A DNA stretch of 64,000 nucleotides from Podarcis liolepis (taxonomy: Eukaryota): the NCBI GenBank assembly GCA_965112155.1, contig OZ218102.1; one strand, given 5' to 3'. The position numbers and the translations under genes were made by a program. This document shows positions 25,801-36,600 of this stretch, in pieces (position 1 is the first letter of the stretch; every line of letters starts with the position of its first letter). Under the pieces are notes generated by a model, which made no database searches, was not told where the DNA came from, and saw only the letters and a list, made by a program, of their open reading frames with translations.

Positions 25801-28800
25801 GTGGTCTTAAGATCCTATTCTATGCAGAAGTAAGTAGATACTGGTGTTGGGGGGGCTGTGGCTGTGTGTGTACAGTACAGGCAGCCCCCATTTACACATG
25901 TTCAATATGTGCACGACTGAGCATTGCGGCACACCCAGTAGTGACCCAGAAACACATATTTTTGCCACTTTGTCACCCCCTCAGTGATGACACTCAGGGC
26001 GGCCCACACCCACTGCACCCCCTTCCTGTGCTACTGCACTGATGGTGCCTTTTGTCTAGTGTGGGTAGCCTTAATCATGAGAGATAACTCAAGGCATTTG
26101 TAGGAGTCCTCAACTTTTATTTGTCAAAGGGCACATTTGGAAATTGTATAAACTGTTGTAGCCACTATAAAGTGCCAGTTTCACACAAGAAAAAACTGGA
26201 GATGCTGTGAACCCCCCTCCCAAAAACACAGACATAACACTGTACACCCCAAGCAAATAAAACACAGGAAAAAAACACAGTCAACATTCTCCAAGAAGCT
26301 AAAAACCTAAATTAAAAAAAATTAAGAGGGCAGGAGGATTGGGGGGCACCAAGTCAGGTGCCTGAGAGTGCTGTATTGCCCATTGTTTTGCACTGAGAAC
26401 CCCAGATTATACCCTTAGCTACTGTATAATTTTATTTATTTGTATTTCTTATCCACTTTGTTTGCCATAGTTCTAGGCTGGGTTATAATAAGTAATATGA
26501 GGCTAGCACATAAATCTATATAAATAACAAATGCTTTATTCACATAACAGCAATTAATTGTTATCCATATATTTATCTTCTCTTAAAAACTTCTGTTTGC
26601 ACAGGATACGGGCATCATGTGATGTTTTAAAGATGCTCATCCATTTTCTACTGATTGGTTGACATCCTCACCTGAAGTTTTTAAGATAACTCGTGGATTT
26701 GATGTATGAACTTGTGCTAAGCTAATGAATGGTATCTTCTGTTCATAGAGTGTAGTAAAATCGAGACTTATATAAACCTGTACAGTACTAACCTTTTAAT
26801 GTAGTAGAGGTGGCCTTGGGTCAGCTAGCCCTCTGTAGCTTGTGGCTTCTATTCCTAGCTACGGAGATCATTCTCAAAGCCCTGGAATTGTTAGATTAGA
26901 AGATTTTTGTTCTGGGCTTGAGTTTCATGTTTAAAGCCTTTCATCAGTTCATAAGTTTGCACGCTTTTATTTGTGTTTTTATTTTATAAAGGTGGTCGTG
27001 GTGGCTGCCACGACGCCCAGCTGTTAAGTGAGTGATGTTTGTACTATCAGCGGCAGGAACACCATGCATTCACCGGGGGGGGGGCGGAGAGGAAGAAAAG
27101 CTCCCCAATGTCCTTGATAATCAGAAAAATTAGCAAGGACCATTGTGAAAAGCCCTTGAAATGAAAGCAGTACGTGGGTTAATGTTTCAGCATGATAAAT
27201 CTCCCCTGGTTTAAAAGGGATGGACTGAATGATAACGTTTTTCAATTAGCCACAAGAAGGTTGTTAGATGCGTCACAGCTGGTGATTAAAATGTTGTATG
27301 GGGGAAAGTGGGTGGGTGAGGGTGGGTGGGTGGGAAGGAGAGCAGAACGCTCTGGAAAGAAATAAAATGCACAGATCAGGTACCCTTGATATAGGTTGCA
27401 GAGGCTTCCTTACCTAACTTGATTGGATTCAGTTAGTGAAGAAGGTTGCTTTTAAAAAATGTATAGTACTTCCAAACTTCCATACTCTGAAGGGCTAAAA
27501 TTCTGCCTTGCTCTCCCATATAAAGTATATTAATCCAAAAGACATAATCAAAAACAAAGAAAATCAAGGGACTTGTAGGTTTGATTGCCTATGTATTTGG
27601 CTTTTTTTAGAATTGTGTACAAAATCTACCCCTCCTCTTTACAGGCCCCTTAATTCATAAACTATTTTTTTCTGGCTCAGATTTCCCTGTGTGTTCAGAG
27701 TAGACTAATTTCTGCCAACCACCCTGCATTTGGGTGACAAATGGGGGGAAGCACGAGACTTGTTCCAGGTTATGGCCAATGCTTTTGTTGTTCTGATTCA
27801 TAAACTAGCCAGCCTGAAACAACACAGGCAACACAAACTGGCCTTAGTTTTGTTTGTTTGTTGCATTTTCTACATGAAAAAAACCACATTGATGGAAAAT
27901 TTTATTCAGTTTGAAGTGGGTCTCCCCCTTTTTAAAAAATCATCAGCAAGAGATTCATTCAGGAATAAAGGACATTATTGGTGTTCTGAAAATGCATTTA
28001 AGGGTGAAACTAGTGTGTTTTTCTTCTTCCTCAGCCCGTCCAGGTGTGGGCTGCAGTTTTTCAAACTAACCACCTGTGTTTTTTGGGTTGCTATGAGGAG
28101 GTCTGGACCACTGTTCATAAGGGGTGTTTCTGCACAGAGGCGATGTGTCACTTCTTCACTGACCTTTCTAAAGCCTCTGCAGCCCAAAACCATGTCCATC
28201 TTGTGACAAATTCAAACTCTGTTTCATGTTCTGACTGAGGTTTCTGTTGCCCTCTCAGTCTGAAGGGGAGAGGAAGTTCTGCTACAGCTGGGTGCTGGGA
28301 CTTCTGCTGCTGATAATCTGTTTTGTGAGTTGGCTGCTGAAAAGCCTAAGGGAGAGGGAGAGAACTGTCTCCCTCTTGATGTATAAAAAAAAAACACAGG
28401 GCTGGGTTTTATAAGTTTATAGCTATGTCTTGTTTTTTTTACAGAGCTATAATCGTGGTGCTTAGAGTGATCTGAAAGGAACAGAAACACTTAGCCTTGA
28501 ACTTTTGTTCTGCTGCTTCTTCTTGTGCCTCTGAGGTACAAAACATACCTGTAAACATATACTCTGTCAAACTGATTTACCAGGGGGCTAAATGGAGATG
28601 GAAAGGAAACTTGGGAGGCAGTGGGTGATTAATTGGGTCACACGCACCCCTCTTATTTGGCTATACAGCAGCTCAGATAGATGGATTCCAAACAGTCTGT
28701 TCTGTAGCTGGGGAAGATGCATCCGTTTTGGTCATATTAAGGAAGTGGGAAATAGGGGGGTGTTTTGTGTGTTAAGTTGAAGATTTTGGTGGTTATACAA

Positions 28801-30289
28801 ATAGGGGCCAAACTGAATGGCCTGAACTTCAAAAACTACATTTCTCAGGTAAACCCTCCAAATCCCTACAAACTGAAGATTACTGTTGTTTGCTATTGTA
28901 GCTAATCTCCTGCCCCCACCCTAAAAATCACCAGCATTGCTCAGAAATTTTAAAATGTTCTTTAGCAGCCTGTGCACATCCTTCAGAAGAAAACAAAACA
29001 ACAACAACAACAAAACAGACTGCATATGTGCATGTAGGGATTTGTGCACACATACTAATTGAGAACAGAACACCAGCCAGTGACAGCTCTGTGCAAATAG
29101 ACATGTTTCAGCATCCAGCTATGCAAATAGCTGCACTGCAGAGCAAAATCTGAAAAGCATTAATTGTGGCACTGTGACTGTTGCATGGCAACAGTTGTGT
29201 TTGAACAAATGACAGCTACTGCCCCTTGATTTCTCTCTCTCGTACTTAGTGACAAACTGGAATAAGAAGCAATGATGGCTGCCCTGGGGAAAGCTGTGGC
29301 AGGTGCTATAAGAGCCCCAAAGTCAGGAGGCAGAGAGGTGAAATCTGTTGCGGGTGACCTTTAGGCTCTTAAAATTATGTGCACAACAGAAGAGGAACAG
29401 AGCTCCTTGATGAATTGGGGGGAGGGGGCTTTATAGGGGCTAAGATGTGTCAGATCAACAAGGTAAAGTAATAGAAAAGGATAGCAAAAATAAACCACCC
29501 TCAATTTCCAATGAAAGATGTGTTTATACTGGGATTTTTAAAAGTTAGTATTTTTAAAAATGTGCAGGAAAATCTATGCAAGCTGGAGGCTCTCAAGTGT
29601 TTTGGAAAAGTGGATCCTGCAAAGAGTTACTGGTACTTTATCTGCAAACAAGCATATGCAACAACCACCATTTTGGATGTTCTTTTGTTCTTACACAAAT
29701 GGGAGTTCTTCTGCAGTGTGTGAGCTTAGCTGATCAAGATCCAGATTCGACATCCCTACATGCATCAAGGCTTGCCAGGCATCAACCATGTGAATCCTTT
29801 TGTTACTTTAATATTGCTGCAGCTCTGAAGGAGGATGCAGCTTCAGTTTCCACACTCACACTTCCCCCACCTGCTGCAGCCAGAGAAACTCTTGTTTTGA
29901 CACACAGCAGCTGGGGGTGGAGGGTGTGTAAGAGGCCCAGGAGGAGAAACAGGAAAAGCCACAGCTGAATCCTGTTTAATGGCTGTGGCTCTACCCAAGA
30001 GATGAGAAGGTTCTGCAGGTTGTGACCTAGCGGGGAACCCTACCTGTATCCTAATTGTTGCTAAGAAACCTTTTGACTGCAGTGTCTGGACCAGACTCAG
30101 TGAAATGTCATGAGTACATCCCTTGTTCATTTTAAAAACTAACTATTAAATGATCTTGAGGTGCTGTTAGACTGTTGCTATTTTCAGGTGGGGTTCAGTC
30201 ACATACTGCCAAATCAAGGAGCACAAATGTGGTTGATTTGATGCTCTTGTACATCAAATTACTTAATCTTGTTTTTAAGTTGTATTTTA

Positions 30290-30397
30290 ATCAATTGTTT
30301 TTACCTGGTGTTAACCACCCTGAATCCGGTCTTGGCTGGGGAGGGCAGGGTATAAATAAAATTTATTATTATTACTATTACTATTATTATTATTATT
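30290..30397 (+). mobile_element. LINE 3' tail remnant ending in an (ATT)n microsatellite
   Basis: accaccctgaatcc...gggcagggtataaataaaattt followed by (att)n at 30362-30397. Confidence 0.6.
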
Positions 30398-31815
30398 AAA
30401 TGTGTTTCCCATAAAACTAGACCTTTTGTGATGAGGAAAGTATTGTGAAAATGGGGGGTAACAATTGCTTGATGCAATATTGTGTAAACTCCCTTCAAAC
30501 AAATCAGAATGATGTTGTCTAACCTCCTTGCAAGCCTTTTGCTAACAAAAAATAGGATGAATGCTCAATAAACAGGTCTAAGAAGTGACCTTAATAAGCA
30601 CAGTTCACCTTTTATTTGGCCTCTTGAGACTGCAATCCTAAGCATACTTACTTGGAAGCAAGTTCCATTAAAATCAATGTGACTCAGTTAAATATGCTGG
30701 TGTGTTGGTCCTTTAAGTTTCCAGTATTCTTCTAGTTAATTTAACAAACGAAAGAAAGCCCAACAGTGATTGAACAGAACCCAGGGGAATGCTGTTGAGA
30801 AGCCATACTTTATCCAGGATCTTTATAGCCCAGTTTAAGTACTAAAATATGGCTGCTGTCCTGACAACTGCTCATGCTGGCTGAAGTTGATGGGAGTTAT
30901 AGTTCAACAATAGGTACCACGTTGGTTACCCCTGCTTTGGACTGTGACAGGGTTTCAGTTAGGCCAAGGTTCTATCATTTTAGGTTACTGACGATAGATG
31001 TTAAGTTTGCCCGACTTTCTCAAGGATAGTTCAAATAACCGAATGGAAAGCTTGGTTTACATCATTAGTTCGGTCACTTTTTCCATTGATTCTTTCTCCA
31101 GTTTCTGTGGAAATGCTTGATTGACATTGTAATTGAATGTTGATTTGACATCTCAGTATAATTAGTAAACTAGATTGAAAAAAACCTGTTTTCTAGGATG
31201 ATGTCCTATGCATGCATTTGAATATGTATTGGATTGAACAATTATATATTTACTTAAGATACTTCATACCATTCTGATTCAGAGATTGGCAAACACTGTT
31301 TATGAATGAGCTGGAAAGGAAGTTTCCGTGGATTATGTGGGCTTGCAAATATTCAGATATGAGGTTTATGTACCCAACAATTAGAGCTCAGGTAAAGAGA
31401 AGCTACAAAATAAGAGTATAAGTTTCCACTTCAGGCAATCTGAGCTCTAGTTGTCTCATGTGGCATACCTGTGTTTGGACTGTACCACTTCAGTAAATGG
31501 TTAGAGATTTAAAGTGATTGAATGTTCCTCCATTCAAAAGAAATACACATAGAAGACTAACATGTTAGAGAGAAAGGCAAGGATCCTTCTCCTAGCCATC
31601 TAGTTTTCTATGCATTTTTTTTAAATGGAAGAGCATTCAATCTTGTTGAGCCCCTAACAGAAATCTGCAATGGTACAGCTGAGAAACAGGAGTAGTCACT
31701 CATTTGTGAGAGATAGGCCTGAACAATCCTGATAAGAAACTAATGTGAATGCTTTTCCGTTGGAATCAATAGCCAGCTTCTAATAGTGGCTCCATTCAGA
31801 CATGGTTTGGTACTA

Positions 31816-32056
31816 TAGTCAAACCTCAGATCCTGAACACCTCCATTTTGGAACGTTTTGGCTCCTGAACACCGAAAACCCAGAGGTAAATGCTCTGGTT
31901 TTTGAACATTTTTCGGAAGCCAAACATCTGACGTGGCTTCCGCTTGAGTGCAGGAAGCTCCTGCAACCAATCGGAAGCTGTGCCTTGGTTGTCAAATATT
32001 TCAGAAGCCAAACGGGCTTCTGGAACGGATTACATTCGACAAATGGGGTTTGACTG
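31816..32056. mobile_element. Tc1/mariner (Tigger/pogo-like) MITE with TA TSD
   Basis: TA|TAGTCAAACC...GGTTTGACTG|TA; related to 33060-33310 in the opposite orientation. Confidence 0.75.
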
Positions 32057-33059
32057 TATTTGAACAAGCTTTGTGTTCACACACAACTCTATTCCCTCCC
32101 ATACTCAGGTTCAGTTAGTTTCCTTCTCTTTAGCACACACGATAGTCCATAGCTCTCCTCTGTTCAGATGCCATTTCATCAGAGCACAAACTATGGCTTC
32201 TGTGCTTGCTCTCCAAGATTGCACACTGTGGTTCAAAACTTGTTTGTATTCCTGCTTGGAGGATAGGTGTGAACCACAGTTTGCCAGATTAGATGTGATG
32301 GCAAACTGTGATTTGTCCTAAAGAGGAAGTAACTAACTGAAGTGGGGCACAAGGAGGAGGAAAACATGAGCACAAGGCCTTGCCATTAACATATGAACCA
32401 CTTCAGTAGTGCAGCTCCTGAGTTCAATAATGAGTGAGAGTGAATAATTTTTCATGCACTTCCCAAAGATGGAAAGGTTGATAGTTTTATTCAGTAGCTG
32501 TCAAGAGATAATGCTGCTCACTCTCTAGGATGATGCATCTTCTCTACCCGCAGCCTAGCCACTGGATTATATAAGTTATATATAAATCAGAACCTGGCTA
32601 CCTACTTTAGGGGCAGGAGGGAAAAGATTGATAGGGATGTTTATTGATGCTTTGCTGTTCTCAAACACTCCAGCTGCCATCCCCCAGCCCCTTGCTGTCC
32701 TCAGGGCTGCCACATCCTTCCACACCTGTTGAGTTAATTATTATTCAAAACAGCTCTTTCAAATCTTCATGTTTATGGAATTGTGGTGGCTGATGCGGAG
32801 AGGGCAAATGCTATTGTCTATAGGTTGGCTATTCAGTCTAAGTATGCTAAGGATCTCATGTATATAGTTGTTATAAAGACTATTTATTGTTGGGTGTCTG
32901 TGTCTTCCTAAACTCCTGCCCCTGTGAAGCTGTTGAGGACTTTGGGAAGAGAATATTTATTTTACTTAGAGAGATATTTGGCCTTCCCTTCAGCAGTGAT
33001 GGCAGTCTGTTCATTGCCTGAAATGGGGAAATCTCTGCAGGGAAATGGGGAATCTGCTT

Positions 33060-33310
33060 CAGTCGTACCTTGGAAGTCAAACGGAATCTCTTCTGGAAGT
33101 TTGTTCAACTTCCAAAACATTCGAAAACCAAAGTGTGGCTTCTGATTGGCTGCAGGAAGCTCCTGCAGCCAATCAGAAGCTGTGGAAGCCTCGTCGGACA
33201 TTCAGGTTCCAAAAATAGTTTGCAAACCAGAACAGTCACTTCTGGGTTTGCGACATTCGGGAGCCGAAAACGTTTGACTCACAAGACGTTTGAAAGCCAA
33301 GGTATGACTG
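33060..33310. mobile_element. Tc1/mariner (Tigger/pogo-like) MITE with an internal palindrome
   Basis: CAGTCGTACCTTGG...CCAAGGTATGACTG|TA; central hairpin ttctgattggctgcagga-agc-tcctgcagccaatcagaa. Confidence 0.8.
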
Positions 33311-33647
33311 TAGTTGTTTTCCAGCTAGTTCAGATTGGTTTCCCCTAGAACCAATCTTTCTAAGGGACAAATGTGAAGGGATAAAGCAAGGTTTGTCCCA
33401 ATAACTTTTCAGTGTTTAATGTACTGAGGACATAGGTGAGCCATGAGGAGGCAAGGGAGAAATGACAAACATAATCTTGAGCTTTTGCTTTAGTTGCCTG
33501 CTCATTTTAGGTAGACAATTGGAGCTGCCATCTTCGTAGAGCATGCAATGTAGGGGAGCAGAAAGGAGAGAGAGAGTTGTGAAGATTTGAAGTGTAAAGT
33601 GATTTGCTATCCAACTTTACTGATTCTTTCTCTCTCCCTCTCTCTAG

Positions 33648-36600
33648 TGAGGACGCTGCAGATTGTCTTGGCCAGCCGAAATCTCCATTGGAAAAATTTA
33701 TGGTCAGACTGTGCACGTACCATCAGAAGCACTTCGTCCGTGTCCTAAACGACATTTGCACTGAAGTACAGACAGGCTGTGAGGGACAGCAGTTACCTGG
33801 AGCAGAAAACATGGATGTGTCCACTTGTAGCTCTGGCTGCAGCCAGTATCGCACTGAGAACCAGGAGCTTGGAACTTCTTGCTCTGAATCAAAGCTCCCT
33901 TCTACCCTGGACACAGAGCAATCAGGGTCTCATGGCTCTCTGCGCAAACTTTGCCATGCCCTGAAGCAGGCTGTGGATCTGAAATCTACAGATAGAAGGG
34001 AAAACTGCAGCCCAGTTGTCCGAAGAGACTTCCCTGAGCTTCCTAGCGTTAGAACAAGTTCTGCAAGTCCCAGGGACAGTCCCTCTCAAGGATACCTCAC
34101 TGCCTCCAATTCCCATCACTCTGCTAAAAGTCTGGAAGGCCAAGCCCTTGGTAGTGACCAAGAGATGGGGGGTAGGAAAGGTGAGGATGACAAAGACCAG
34201 GTGCAAAATAGAGCTTTGCTGGGAGGCTACAATGCTGTGAAAGCAACAAACATACACATGAGTGAAGACGGTCTGGTGGGCTCCCAGAAGAACACTTTTA
34301 AAGCTTTCCCAGAGGAAACACGAGAGCCAGGCTTCACCACCAACTCCCCTAGGAGAGCAGACAAAGAGAATGCCTTGCAGTGCAGCTCCAAAGCCTCTTT
34401 GCACCCGGATACTGAAATGAATGACCAAGAAGCAAGACTGAAGGCAGAGAACCACCTCCAGGCTTCAGGGAAAAGCAAGGGGAGCTATAACATGCAACCT
34501 GTTGACAAGACCCATGTGGAGAATGCCAAGGACGGCTGGCTATCCAATAGCCCTGTGCCAGTGGTTCACCACAAAACCACCAATGGACACTCCAGGACCA
34601 AGAGTAACTCATCCTCCACCAAAAGCACACGTAAGAGCAAAAGGCCTTCAGGGTTGAGAATTAATGACTATGACAACCAATGCGATGTTGTTTATATCAG
34701 CCAGCCCATTACAGAGTGCCACTTTGAGAGCAAGAGGGTGGTCTCCTCTAGGAAGACGGCAAGGAAGAGCACTCGTGGATACTACTACAATGGTGAGTGC
34801 TGTGAGATTCCCACAGTTCGCACCTTGGCCAAGACTTCCCATGTACAGGAGAGTGGGAACACACTGGCGCCAAGGCCTGAGGTGCTGACAAGCCCTAGCC
34901 AGGGAGCTTCTCTTCCGAGTGATAGCTGCTTAGCAGCAGCCCAGGCCATGAGTGGCGATGGTGACAAAAGACCTGCTGTGGCCGTCCCTCAAGGAGATGC
35001 CTCCAACAACAGTACTCAGGAGAGAGATGAGATGCGTCCGGCTGAGAAGGCCACTCCTGAGGTAAGTTTTGTGAAGGAGAGAGAAGACAGTTCTGCTGAA
35101 GCATCCACAATTGCTCTCTCCCCGCCACCCGGCCTTGTTTTGCGTGTAGAGAAAGGCAGCCTGTCCAATTCTTCACTGCAGACCACTCTTGTCTCTCCCT
35201 GCCAACTGAGCAAAGGGGAGCCACAGGACGAAATGGACATGGACACTGTGCAGAAGGCTGGCAATGGCACAGACTCTTGTAAGAGTAGCAGACCCAATGA
35301 AGACAGTGGCAAAACAGGAGAATCTGTGGTGTTGTCTGCTTCAGAGGTTGCCAGTGGTGAGGAAAGTGCCATGTTCTCAGAGACCGAGGCTACCCCTGAG
35401 CCTTCCATTCTTCCAGACCAGGTGCCTCTTGACAGCATGGCCCTTCAGCCCCCTGAAGACCTTTCCCCCGGAATGGACTTGATGCCTCCACTGGAGGAGC
35501 CTGCCCCTGTTGAACACTTGCCACCATTTGTAGAACTACCTTCCGATGTGGAACCTCCACTTCTTTCCCCTATAGACCTGGCAGAACCTCCTGCCCTTGT
35601 CCGTCTGGAGCCTTCCATAGCCCTCCCTGGAGAACTCCCTCCTATCCCAGAGCGTATGTGTCCAGGGGAGCCTGTTGCCAGTTCAAGGGCAGTGTCTCCT
35701 GGCATGGTGGTGTCTGAGCCTCCTGCCCATATTGACCTAGAGGCTCCTTCAGGGGCTCCTTCTATAGAATCTCCAGTGGTGGGACCTGGCAAGTTAGATG
35801 TGGAGCTCTCACAGCCACTTTCTGACTTGGATGCTGCAGAGCTCCCTGGCAGCTTGCAGGGTGCAGATGCACATGAAAGTATTAATACTCAAAATAGCAT
35901 TGAAGGGATTCTGGACTCAGGTGGAATCCACTCTGGGGAAAGTGAGACTGTGTTGCCTGTTGCAGATAATGATGAAGATTGGGGAGAGGGAACAGTAAAA
36001 GATACAAGTGAAACAAGCAAGGTGGATGATGGAAAGGAACTTGATAGCGAAGCTCCAGCTGTGCCCCAAACATCAGAAGTGGACAACAAGGAGGGAGCCT
36101 TTTCCAAAACAAGCCCGGACAAAAAACGAAAGCGGGAGAAAAAACCTCAGGTTGTATCCGATCGCTGTCTTCGAAGCCAGCAATCCCTGTCATCTGCAGA
36201 GGATAGTCCTGAGCAATCAACTTCTTCCATGTCTCTACAGCTTCCTCAAGTTCAGATCAAGCTTTCTAAGAGCCCTGCTAAGCGTTTCAAGAGGGAGGTG
36301 CAACTTGACGGTGCAGCATCGCTGTGTTTCCCAAATGACGGGTTCCATGAAACACTGCTAAACAACATTGGGAATTCTTCTGAGCAGCAGCCAGGTGACA
36401 GAAATGACATCACAATGGGACAGGCCTCTCAGACACTGTTAGCGAAAAAGACCATAGTAGAGGAAGACCAGAATGGAGAAGGAAACAAGGACAAGGCAGG
36501 GGCAATGCTTGAAATTTGCTTAGAGGGTGATTCTGCTAGGAGAAGTGTTCGTGTCTCAGCAGAGACCTTTGACAGGGGTGAAAAGCAGTCAGATTTGACA

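Noticed and set aside
27730-28206. 158-aa ORF in the LCOR intron
   Set aside because: TTG start, low-complexity Phe/Lys-rich composition and no domain similarity.
33604-33647. ORF-track start of the 1577-aa ORF (MLSNFTDSFSLPLSS)
   Set aside because: It begins at TTG within the polypyrimidine tract; the real exon starts at acceptor 33648.
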